Program-made: the position numbers and the translations under genes
Shown here: in pieces, positions 1-11,156 of the stretch
How the letters are laid out: each line of letters starts with the position of its first letter
How positions within the stretch are numbered: position 1 is the stretch's first letter
Assembly: GCA_002269645.1 (NCBI GenBank)
Contig: NIVC01001165.1
Location: 158,261 to 222,260 of the forward strand
Direction: 5' to 3'
DNA: 64,000 nt
From: Macrostomum lignano
Lineage: Eukaryota
Notes under the pieces: model-generated
Told to the model about the DNA's origin: nothing
The model's input: the letters and a program-made list of their open reading frames with translations, nothing else
The model's database searches: none

Positions 1-1
1 C

Positions 2-1021
2 AAAGACCTCACTCCGATGGACGCTGAGCTGACCGACTTCCTGAAGTGGTTCGTCAGCGAGAACCTCATCAGCAACACGACTCTCATCCTGATGTCGGAC
101 CACGGACAGAGACTCGGGCCGCTGAGGAACTCGATGCAGGGCAAGCTGGAGGAGTCGCTGCCGCTCATGACAGTCGCGCTGAGTCGACAGCTCGAGGCTC
201 GGCTTCCTCGAGCTCGGCAGACTCTGGCGACCAACCGGAACCGACTGACGATTCCCACGGACATTCACCGGACTCTGCTGAGCATCGCTGGATCCGATGC
301 GACCGCTGCTGCTGCTGCGGACAAGTTCAGGTCGTACTCGTTGATCGATGAGGAAGTTCCCGAGACCAGAGGCTGCTCAGACGCGGGCATCCCGGCTCAC
401 TGGTGCTCGTGTCTGAGCTCTGAGAAGATGCAACATCCGGAGAGTGAGCAGCTGCCCGTGAGAGCTGCTCAGTTCGCTGTGGCGCAGATGAACCTCGCCA
501 CGGCCGGCTTCCGGAACGCGTGCGCCGAGCTGCGGCTTGACAGCATCGGCGAAGCGGACGTGACGCGGGTGAGTTGGGCCTTTAAGTGCGGACCTTTTGG
601 ATTTTTTACGCATTTTTATTGTTTTTATACGTCCAGGGATTTATTGTTGAAACAGAAACTCTTTTACAGAAGTCATTGAATCCAGTTGAAGACTATGAAT
701 TGCATCGTTCTCTATTAGGCCAGCAACGACCTGGCTCAGAGGAAGCGCGGAATCGAGGGCCGTTTTGCGCTCACCACCACAGACCTGTCGGTTCGAGCCT
801 CCGGTTACGTCACCAGCCGTTTCAGGACTTCGCCTAACGAAGGGCAGTACGAAGCCACAGTGCAGTTCACGCTGACCAGAAAAGGCTCAGAATTTCACCT
901 GAATTTCGAGCAGCTGGGCGAGTCATCGAGGATCAATAAGTACGGAAGCCAGGCCGATTGTGTCGTTACTCGAGCACCTCACCTGAGGAAGTTTTGCTAT
1001 TGCTTAACTAATCAGCTGTGA
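2..1021 (+). CDS. 3' part of a DUF229-family (sulfatase/alkaline-phosphatase-like) gene; exons <2-568 and 719-1021; 5' end outside the window
   Basis: Exon 1 has LILMSDHG, KLEESLP, NRNRLTIPTDIH and CSDAGIPAHWCSC. GT at 569 and AG at 717-718 join in phase 0. Exon 2 ends YEATV...SRINKYGSQADCV...LRKFCYC-TGA, typical of the DUF229 C-terminus. Confidence 0.85.
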
Positions 1022-1298
1022 CCTGACCTGACCTGTGAGCTGTGACTTGTCTCATGAGTCTAACTTGAGTTTAGATGCTTGAGACATTTAGAAATTTTGA
1101 TCCTGTGAAAGCATCTCGCTAGGCCTAATTTAGGTATAGTGGAATTCATTTTGGCAATAATTTTATCGCGCTTGTGCCAATCAATATACATTGCTATAGT
1201 ATCATACTCAAGCTCAATTTGAGTCAATTTCACTTACAAGTCAGTTGCTTATGCATTTACTCATTGAGGTTTGGTGAGGTGGGGTTAAATGTAAACTG

Positions 1299-2006
1299 AG
1301 TCAGTCAGTCAGTCAGTCAGTCAGTCAGTCAGTCAGTCAGTCAGTCAGTCAGTCAGTCAATCAGTCAGTCAGTCAGTCAGTCAGTCAGTCAGTCAGTCAG
1401 TCAGTCAGTCAGTCAGTCAGTCAGTCAGTCACCCACTCACTCAAGTCAGTCAGTCAGTCAGTCAGTCAGTCAGTCACCCACTCACTCAAGTCAGTCAGTC
1501 AGTCAGTCAGTCAGTCAGTCAGTCAGTCAGTCAGTCAGTCAGTCAGTCAGTCAGTCAGTCAGTCAGTCAGTCAGTTAGTCAGTCAGTCAGTCAGTCAGTC
1601 AGTCAGTCAGTCAGTCAGTCAGTCAGTCAGTCAGTCAGTCAGTCAGTCAGTCAGTCAGTCAGTCAGTTAGTCAGTTAGTCAGTTAGTCAGTCAGTCAGTC
1701 AGTCAGTCAGTCAGTCAGTCAGTCAGTCAGTCAGTTAGTCAGTCAGTCAGTCAGTCAGTCAGTCAGTCAGTCAGTCAGTCAGTCAGTCAGTTAGTCAGTC
1801 AGTCAGTCAGTCAGTCAGTCAGTCAGTCAGTCAGTTAGTCAGTCAGTCAGTCAGTCAGTCAGTCAGTCAGTCAGTCAGTCAGTTAGTCAGTCAGTCAGTC
1901 AGTCAGTCAGTCAGTCAGTTAGTCAGTCAGTCAGTCAGTCAGTCAGTCAGTTAGTCAGTCAGTCAGTCAGTCAGTCAGTCAGTCATCCACTCACTCAAGT
2001 CAGTCA
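1299..2006. repeat. (AGTC)n microsatellite, about 700 bp
   Basis: Near-perfect tetranucleotide run with occasional AGTT variants. Confidence 0.98.
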
Positions 2007-2330
2007 GAGTGGGTGAGTGAATGAATGAACGAGTGAGTCACTGAGTGAATGAATGAGTCAGTAAATGAGGGAGTGAATGAGTGAGTGAATGAATGCATGA
2101 ATGAGTGAGTGAATGAGTGTATGAGTGAGTGAACGAGGAGCGAGTAAGTGGGTGAGTGAGTGAGTCGGTTTTACACCGTGCTTTGATTCATAATAAATGA
2201 AATGTAAATGACTGAGTGAGAATGAGTGAAAGAAAGAATGATTGAATGAGTGAGTCAGTAATTGAGGGAATGAATGATTAAATGAGCCAGTGGGTGAGTG
2301 AATGAGCAAGTGAGTGAATCAGCCAGTAAA
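2006..2330. repeat. Degenerate (GAGT/GAAT)n microsatellite
   Basis: Repeated gagtgaatgaatgagt words. Confidence 0.85.
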
Positions 2331-2794
2331 ATGAGTCAAATAAAATTCAACAGACATCATGGTTTACATAGAGCTGAGCAAACAAAGCCGCACAGCATCA
2401 TGGGTATCTATTTAAAGAAGCATAAATGCTACCGGAGACGCCACTCAGTCAGTCAGTAAAAATGAACCGCAAGTACAAGCAGTGCTACACCAAAGTAACA
2501 AAAAGTGAAATGAGATAAGTCGGTTCAGGCGATTCGCGGGGGGGGGATAAAAAAAGAAAGCAATTAATTATGAATTAAAGCACAATGTAAAACCGACTGT
2601 CGCATTTAATAATTTTAGTAATAAAGAACGATCAGAATATAAAACATAGAACAAAAGTACATTATATTAGCAAATAGCAGATTATGCAGTTAGTTAAACA
2701 AGAGACAAATCAGCACCTTACACATTAAACGACAGGAGCTGCTTTGGCTAACGGGTGAATGAGTAGGAACCACTTCTTATGACTAGCTCAACCT

Positions 2795-3100
2795 CTCCAC
2801 ATGCAGACTGGAGAGGTCACTGCAGCAGATTGGAAGGGGTCACTGCAGCAGATTGGAGGGGGTCACTGAAGCAGATTGGAGGGGGTCACTGCAGCAGATT
2901 GGAAGGGGTCACTGAAGCAGATTGGAGGGGGTCACTGCAGCAGATTGGAGGGGTCACTGCAGCAGATCGGAGGGGTCACTGAAGCAGATTGGAGGGGGTC
3001 ACTGCAGCAGATTAGAAAGGGGTCACTGCAGCAGATTGGAGGGGGTCACTGCAGCAGATCGGAGGGGGTCACTGCAGCAGATCGGAGGGGGTCACTGCAT
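2795..3100. repeat. 22-24 bp minisatellite (GGGGTCACTGCAGCAGATTGGA), about 13 copies, overlapping the HIRA stop codon
   Basis: Direct tandem copies. On the minus strand the first unit contains the final HIRA codons CTG ATG CAG TGA. Confidence 0.92.
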
Positions 3101-4107
3101 CAGCGGATGCATTTGCACACCGCCAGCCTCGCCAGCAAACAAGTCGAGTCGTTGCCGGACCTCCTGGAAGAGCCGCTGCAAGCCGAGGTTCAGCGCGAAG
3201 GCAGGCAGCACGAGGTCGCACAGGAGGCTCCGCTTGCTGAGCCCCAGCACACTGCTGGCGGAAGCGGTGGCGGTCGAACCGGCAGCCGAAGGCAGGACGG
3301 CGCCGCAGCCCAGCAGGAGGTCCTCGCACAGGGCCCGCAGGCGGGTCTCCAGGCCGCTGGCAGCCAGGTGCCGAGCGTACAGCCCCAGCCAGTGCCGCAG
3401 CTCCGCGGGCGACTCCAGAGCGCGGGCAGCAGCCACCTGACGTTCGAGGAAGGCCGCCACAGAGGCTGCAGCAGCCGCCGGGGTCAGCTGGCTGGGACCG
3501 GGTACCGCGGGGGCTGCGGCTGCTGCTGATGAAGCTGCCGATTGCAGAAGCTGGAGAACTCCGCCACTGCCGTTGCCGCCGCCGCCGAGTGCAGCGGTGC
3601 GGGCGTGGCTGCGGAACCAAATGACAGCTCCGGGGTCTTCGGGGTCCTGCAGTGGGGTATGGACAGTGGCTATAGATAGATAGATAGACAGACAGAGAGG
3701 CAGACAGACAGACAGAAAGAAAGAAAGAGACAGATAGACAGACACAGACACACAGACAGACAGACAGACAGACAGACACACAGACAGACAGACAGACAGA
3801 CAGACACAGACACACAGACAGACAGACACAGACACACAGACACAGACAGACAGACAGATAGAAACAGACACACAGACACAGACAGACAGAAAGACAGACA
3901 CAGACACAGACAGACAGACAGACAGACACAGACAAACAAGACAGACACAGACACACAGACACAGACAGACACAGACAGACAGACAGACAGACACAGACAC
4001 ACAGACACAGACAGACAGAAAGACAGACAGACAGACAGACAGAACAGACAGAACAGACAGACAGACAGACAGACACAGACAGACAAGACACAGACAGACA
4101 GACAGAC

Positions 4108-4146
<39 letters not shown>

Positions 4147-7100
4147 CCCACCAGAATGTCCAGCCAGGCGCCCTGAGCAGCGCAGTAGCAGACTGCGTGG
4201 CCGCTAGCCAAGGCCAGCAGGAGGCCGCCGGCCCCGTGCAGGCTGACAGAGACGATTCGCACAGGCGCGCCGGTAAGGCGTGGCGCGCGTTCCTGCAGTT
4301 GGCGCCGAATCGGCGCTGTCGAGTTGAAGCAGCCGGTCGGCGGCGCCGCAGGCGAGGCCAGCAGTTGCCAGACGCAGAGCCGGCCGGAGCAGGTCACCGC
4401 GGCCACCCGGCCGTCGTCGCTGGCTGTCAGGGCGGCCGGCGGCCCGGCGGAGTCGGGCAGCAGCAGCGGCGGCGCCAGCCGGGAGCCGTCGTGGCCGAAC
4501 AGGTGGAGGCGGCCGCCCGAGTCGCCCACAGCGATAACCCGGCCGCCGGCGGCCAGACATGTGGGTGGGCGGGACAGCGGGATCTGAAAGGAGTGGGAGG
4601 AATGCGGGTAACATAACTGCTACTAATACTACTACTACTACTACTGCTACTAATATTACTACTGCTACTACTACGTCTATTCGTTAGGTCGTATCTCATA
4701 CGAGTCATTATTCCATTGCCATCAGGCTAAACGCATTACAATGCATTGGGTCGATTTTCTACTCTATAAAGGTCACTCAGTGCTGAAATGCCAACCCACC
4801 GTCCATAGCGCCGTCTCGCCCAAGCACAGGCTCAGCCAATAGACGTAGGCGCCGCTGCTAGGGCGCCGTTCAATCCGCGCCAGGCGGCCGTTAGCTAACG
4901 GAGCGGTCGCGGCAGCAATACCGCCTGTAGCAGAGGCGCCCGAAGCAGAGGCGGCAGGGTGGAAGCTCAGCTTACACGGAAGAAAGGGCGGCCTGTCTCG
5001 CAACTCGCCAGCGTCCAGCTGCTCCGAGTCGCTGGAACTCGCCGAAGAGTCGCCGGCATCGCCCGAGGCTGAAGCCGACTCAGACGATGCCGATGAAGAA
5101 GAGATTCTGGACCGGCGCTGTCGGTTCTGTTGCTGCTGTTTCTTCTGCGAATTTTTCTGCTTTAAATGCTGCTTCTTCTGCAACAGTTTCTGCTGCTTTG
5201 CTGGCGGCTTATTGTTCGTGTCGGGCTCGTTGAAGTCCCGGCTGTCATGGGCATCGACTGAGGACATCGACACGAGCCGGGGAGGACGGCCTCGCTTCTG
5301 GCTTTGCTTCTGCTGCTCCTGCTTGCTTGGAGAGGCCGACGGCGAGGAGTGGACAGGCTGGGGCGGAGGGGGCGGAGGCGGCGGTGGTGGTGGAGGAGGG
5401 GGCGGAGGAGGGGGCGGAAGAACCGGTCCGTCAAGAACTGGCGGCTGCGGGCTGGGGCCGCTGGTCGCCTCTGAGCTGGCGAGGGCGGTGGGCACGGAGG
5501 CTGGGACCTGCTGCTCAGCCACCTGAGGCTGAGGCTCGTACAGGTGGCCGAGAAACTTGGGCGTGATGCGCCGTTTGCCGTCTTTGCCGCGGCTCTCCAG
5601 CTGCTCTGACGGCCCCGCTGGCAGAGGCGCCGGCCGCTGGGGCTGCTGCTGCTGCTGAGCGGCTGCAGATGAAGCCGCTTTGGCCACGGAGGCCTGCTGG
5701 AGTCTGCAGCGAATTAATAATAGTTACAGTATATGCGTGACTGTACAGCATGGCGTGAATCACCCACTAGAGTATGGCGTGAATCACTCTCTAGATCATG
5801 GGGTGAATCACTCACTAGATCATGGGGTGAATCACTCACTAGATCATGGGGTGAATCACTCACTAGGTCATGGGGTGAATCGCTCACTAGGTCATGGGGT
5901 GAATCACTCACTAGATCATGGGGTGAATCACTCACTAGGTCATGGGGTGAATCACTCACTAGATTATGGCGTGAATCACTCACTAGATTATGGCGTGAAT
6001 CACTCACTAGATCATGGCGTGAATCACTCACTAGATCATGGCGTGAATCACTCACTAGATCATGGGGTGAATCACTCACTAGATCATGGGGTGAATCACT
6101 CACTAGATCATGGGGTGAATCACTCAATAGGTTATGGCGTAAATCACTCACTAGATTATGGCATGAATCACTCACTAGATCATGGCGTGAATCACACAAT
6201 AGATTATTAGGTGAATCACTCACTAGAGTATGGCGTGAATCACACACTAGATTATGGGGTGAATCACTCACTAGATTATGGGGTGAATCACTCACTAGAT
6301 TATGGGGTGAATCACTCACTAGATTATGGGGTGAATCACTCACTAGGTCATGGGGTGAATCGCTCACTAGGTCATGGGGTGAATCACTCACTAGATCATG
6401 GGGTGAATCACTCACTAGGTCATGGGGTGAATCACTCACTAGGTCATGGGGTGAATCACTCACTAGGTCATGGGGTGAATCACTCACTAGATTATGGCGT
6501 AAATCACTCACTAGATTATGGCGTGAATCACTCACTAGATCATGGCGTGAATCACTCACTAGATCATGGGGTGAATCACTCACTAGATCATGGGGTGAAT
6601 CACTCACTAGATCATGGGGTGAATCACTCAATAGGTTATGGCGTAAATCACTCACTAGAGTATGGCGTGAATCACACACTAGATTATGGGGTGAATCACA
6701 CAATAGATTATTAGGTGAATCACTCACTAGAGTATGGCGTGAATCACACACTAGATTATGGGGTGAATCACTCACTAGATTATGGGGTGAATCACTCACT
6801 AGATTATGGGGTGAATCACTCACTAGACATGGCGTGAACAACAAATAAGCGTAATCACCCGGTCACCAACCTACCTGAGCAGTTGCGGGTCGCTGACAGG
6901 CAGCGGCCGGTCGCAGCCGGGGGCGCTGCCGTACTCAGTCAGCAGTGCGGAGTTGCCGTACCGCTGCCGGTGAATCCTGGCCAGGTCCCGCCGGCTGACC
7001 GGCTTGCCCAGTTCATCGGGGCCGAAGTGAAGCAGCGCCACGGTGCCGTCGTGAGACGCCGCAGCCAGCACGAGACCGTCCGATGACCAGGCGAGATCGC

Positions 7101-9049
7101 AGACGCTGCCAGCGAACAGGTCGTGCAGGGCGAGCACAGGACGGCGCATTGAAGTCAGCCAGATGGACACGCTGCGGTCCTGGTGGGTTTAAGGGGCGAT
7201 TCTCAGGTAGGTTTATGGAGTGATTCTCAGGTATGTTTATGGGGCGATTCTCAGGTAGGTTTATGGGGCGATTCTCAGGTAGGTTTATGGGGCGATTCTC
7301 AGGTAGGTTTATGGGACGATTCTCAGGTAGGTTTATGGGGCGATTCTCAGGTAGGTTTATGGGGCGATTCTCAGGTAGGTTTTTGGGGCGATTCTCAGGT
7401 AGGTTTATGGGGCGATTCTCAGGTAGGTTTACGGGGCGATTCTTCAATCCTCACCTTAGATCCCAATGCCATGCAAGCGGCATGCACCTCCTCTTCCTCC
7501 TTTTCAGCATTCAGATCGCTTCCACCATTTCTCAGGCCAGCTCCAGGCCCACTCAGCAAGCAGGGACTGACTGAGCAGCAGGTGACAGCCTTGATGTGGC
7601 CCACCAGGTCCATGTCTGAAGCCCATTTGTCGCGGTGGATCAGCGGGGCCGTGGGGAAGCCGGAGTTCACGGCATTGGCGGCCAGAATGAAGCTGCCGTC
7701 CGGTGACCAGGAGGGCCGCAGAAACGGCGTGGACTGCGGCGCGCCTTTGAATGGCGCCGTGATTCGCGCCTCCTGGCGCCACGTGTCGGTGCGCCACACG
7801 CACAGGCTGCCGTCGTCGCTCTGCGTTGTTTTGTTGGGTCAAACAGGGGGCGAGTTTTGAGTTGCCGATTTGTGGGTCAGGCGTATTGGTCGGTGATCCG
7901 TAACTTGTGGAAAAAGACAAGAAATAGGTAAACTCTCGGGGGTCAGTGGACATGTGGGTCAACTGTAATGCTCGATTAGTGGGTCAATGGTATGGGTCAA
8001 TTAGTAGGTCAACTGTTTGGGTCAATTAGTTAATGAATTAGTAGGTCAACTGTTTAGGTCAATTAGTAGGTCAACTGTTTAGGTCAATTAGTGGGTCAAC
8101 TGTTTAGGTCAATTAGTGGGTCAATGGTATAGATCAATTAGTGGGTCAACTGTTTGGGTCCATTATTGGGTCAATTAATAGGTCAACAATTGGGTCAAAT
8201 AGTGTGTCAATTAGTGGGTCAATTAGTAGGTCAACTGTTTGGGTCAATTAGTGGGTCAACTGTTTGGGTCAATTAGTGGGTCAATCATTTGGATCAATTA
8301 TTGGGTCAACCGTATGGCTCGATTAGTGGGCCAACGGTATGGGTCAGTGAAATAAGTGGGTCAACCGTATGAATCAGTTGGATGAGTCAAAAACCGGGTT
8401 AAGATGAGTAAAGTCTAAGTACGCCGACCAAGATGCGAAACCGCACCTGACTAGCCAAGTAGCGACCCACAGGGTCCCAGGTGACGCCCTTAACCAGTCC
8501 GCCATCGCCTTTGAGTGTAGCCAACCGCTTGTGCTGACCAGCTGGCCAGGCCTGCCACACGGTCACCGTGTTGTCAACCGAGGCGGAGGCCAGCTTGTCG
8601 CCCAGCGGTGACCACTGCAAATCCAGCACGTCGCCGTCGTGTCCGCGCAGAGTGGCTGCGCAGCGCCAGTGCTCCAGGCCGCCGCCGAACAGCGGGTTGC
8701 TGGCGGCCTCGGAGTCTCCGCTGCCACCGCCGCCGCCCATGTGGCACCAGAGCATGACCAGGCCATCAACAGCGCCTGAGGCCAGCCATCGCTTATTGTT
8801 ACTGCTATTAGTAGTGATTGGCGCAAATCTGACGGCATTGACGCAGCTGGCGTGGCTGGTGAGGCGGCACAGCTGCCGCGGCCGCCGGCTAGAGGGGTCC
8901 AGAGCGGGCTCCAGGTGCCACAGCACAACTAGGCCGCAGCCGTCGCCTTGGCCGCCTGTGGCGATCCTCTCGCAGCCGGCGTCGATATCAACAGAGAAGA
9001 TTGGAGCGCCGCCGTCTAATTGGATCCATTGAGGCTTCACCACCTTCAT
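3092..9049 (-). CDS. HIRA: Histone H3.3 chaperone HIRA, complete, 6 exons (9049-8447, 7820-7455, 7179-6875, 5703-4800, 4583-4152, 3646-3092), about 1054 aa
   Basis: N-terminal [23 protein letters not shown]40 repeats ([36 protein letters not shown]|DRSVSIWLT), B-motif DGKRRITP and C-terminal FLERQVAAA...LRHWL...[10 protein letters not shown]. All five introns are GT-AG with consistent phases (0,0,2,0,0). Confidence 0.95.
3672..4147. repeat. (AGAC)n/(AC)-mixed microsatellite filling HIRA intron 5
   Basis: Run of agat/agac/acac words between donor 4151 and acceptor 3647. Confidence 0.97.
4615..4675. repeat. (TAC)n microsatellite in HIRA intron 4
   Basis: tactactactgctac run. Confidence 0.85.
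5750..6835. repeat. 24-bp minisatellite (GGGGTGAATCACTCACTAGATCAT), about 45 copies, HIRA intron 3
   Basis: Tandem copies with 8-aa periodicity in the spurious ORFs (GVNHSLDH). Confidence 0.97.
7190..7443. repeat. 24-bp minisatellite (GGGGCGATTCTCAGGTAGGTTTAT), about 10 copies, HIRA intron 2
   Basis: Tandem copies making up nearly the whole intron. Confidence 0.96.
7935..8385. repeat. Degenerate GGGTCAA-based tandem repeat, HIRA intron 1
   Basis: Recurring gggtcaattagt/gggtcaactgttt words every 12-14 bp. Confidence 0.85.
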
Positions 9050-9287
9050 GACATAGCGGCTGGAGTGATGGTCAGATGGAATAATTAAGTCAGGGCCAAT
9101 GTACACAGGCAATGAGAGCCTGTGTACAGTATTGGCGGGCTTGCCTGTGCTCAGCAGTCAGCAACCTGTTTATACATACAAGTACTTTCACAGGGTTTAC
9201 AGCGGCCCGGACTTTCTCGCTCAGCGTCAGGGTTAGGGGGGAGAGGAGGGTTATCGCAAACCCTGATTTCTATATTTCTAGAACCCT

Positions 9288-9630
9288 ATTTTTTATTAGA
9301 AGCAGGGGGGTTGTGTGCACCCTGGCGCACTTTAAGCGACATAGGCACACAACCGGCGAGAGGCATTACTGCCCATTCCGCCGACTCCCCTGAGCAGGCA
9401 TACAAGCGCGCGGATACGTACGCAGGCACACACTCACACAGGAGTGTACAGCGGCCCTAACTTTATTTTATCGCGCCTTGGGGGGTTGGCTCTCAAGGCC
9501 GTTAATTGCACGAGCAGAGCCAAGCCGAGATTCCAATTCAGCCCCAAATTAATGTGACTGCACTTGGAATCGAGCCTGGGTCGCTGGCACACCAGAGCAG
9601 CTGCGCTACCGCTGGGCTACGGCCCCCCTT
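9288..9630 (-). mobile_element. tRNA-derived SINE, copy 1
   Basis: Minus-strand head GGGGCCGTAGCCCAGCGG (A box)...GGCTCGATTCC (B box), A-rich tail, 9-bp TSD TAGAACCCT (9279-9287, 9631-9639). A near-identical copy lies at 35621-35983. Confidence 0.88.
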
Positions 9631-9979
9631 TAGAACCCTGTTACTTCCATCCATTAAAAAGCCCATCTATTAGTGTGTTTCTATGAATACATCTGCGAAT
9701 GCTCCGCCTTTACTCAAAACAGCTACCATCCTGACTTTCTTGACTCTTCGAACGGGACCGCGGCTCGACGGACGCCGGAACCACCGGATCTCCCAGCGCG
9801 ACACCGCAGCACCAGCTGCCCGTGGTCACCACAGTTTAGGGGAATGAACGTCATATTCATCAAAAAAAGAAAAACATTTCCATAAATCTCTTGTTAGAAG
9901 AACATAATGTTTTTTTTAATCTTCAAATCATGGGTTGGTCCGTTAAAAATTCACAAATAGCAATCTGGCCCGTTCGATG

Positions 9980-10520
9980 TTGATATCTCTTCTCAGCGCT
10001 CTTCTCTCTCATCTCCTCTCTAGTCTCTTCTCTACCCTATCTCTTTTCTCTCTTGTCTTCTCTATCATCTCCTCTTCTCTTCCTCTCATCTCATATCCTC
10101 CTTTCCTCCCTTCCCATCTTCTCTCGCCTTTCTCTCTTCGCCTCTCTTCTCTCTCTCTCTCTCTTCGCCTCTCTTCTCTCTCTTGTCTTCTCTATCATCT
10201 CCTCTTCTCTTCTCTCTTATCTCATATCCTCCCTTCCCATCTTCTCTCGTCTTTCTCTCTTCGCCTCTCTTCTCTCTCTCTTGTCTTCTCTATCATCTCC
10301 TCTTCTCTTCTCTCTTATCTCATATCCTCCTTTCCCATCTTCTCTCGTCTTTCTCTCTTCGCCTCTCTTCTCTCTCTCTCCTATCCTTCTTTCCTCTTCT
10401 ATCTCCTCTCCACTTCACTTGTTTTCTACTATATTCTCTCGCCTCTTCTTTCTCTTATCACGCTTCCCTCTTCTTTATCCTCTCTCCTCTCTTCTCCTCC
10501 GGCCAGCAGACATTCTCTAG
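9980..10520. repeat. CT-rich low-complexity tract with internal longer repeat units
   Basis: Almost purely pyrimidine; repeated blocks such as ctttctctcttcgcctctcttctctctct. Confidence 0.9.
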
Positions 10521-11156
10521 ATTCTCTATTTGGCTCTTAAGGTAAAACAAGTTTGCCGAACCCTGCTCAAGTTCCTACCCTATTCCCTACCTCCGTGGAG
10601 CCTTCAAAAAGTTTTCTAACAAACATTCAAGAGTTGACAAGATTTGCAGCGACTTAAGCCTACATCTATTAGCTGGGGAATATCAATTAGAAAATAAATT
10701 TAAAATGATTCACTGATTTGCACTAACCAATGCCAGCGACCAGTAATATCGTTATTAGTCATATTTACTATCATTGTATTTCATAGTTATTAGATTTAAT
10801 TATTAAACACGAGTTTTAACCGGATGGTTATTAAAGCGACGGGTGCACTTAGCGAATATTGTTGATCAATAAGGTGTCAATTAAGGTGATAACAGTAATT
10901 ACACGGAATAGTTATTAGCATTACTACTGAATAAACACCAGAGTTGCTTTTCAACGTCAGTGAATAATAATATTTTAAATAATTATTGAATTGTAAGAAG
11001 AAATGAAGGTATTTTGATCCAATGAGAGTTACAGACAGACAGACTTCAGCACAAATGCGAACAGCTGCTACGGACAACACCCAATTAAAAAATTGAACAG
11101 CGATTCAGGTCCACAAAATCATAAGCAGAACGAGAGCAACACACTCAGTCAGCAGC

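Noticed and set aside
5680-6848. Long repetitive ORFs such as (GVNHSLDH)n and (WGESLTRS)n, and similar ORFs at 3-4, 7.2, 12.1-12.9, 22-23.5, 33.5 and 60.7-61.9 kb
   Set aside because: They are translations of tandem repeats, mostly within introns defined by in-phase splice sites of opposite-strand genes.
10534-10544. CTCTTAAGGTA as a second R2-site fragment
   Set aside because: An 11-bp match at the end of a CT-rich tract is expected by chance.
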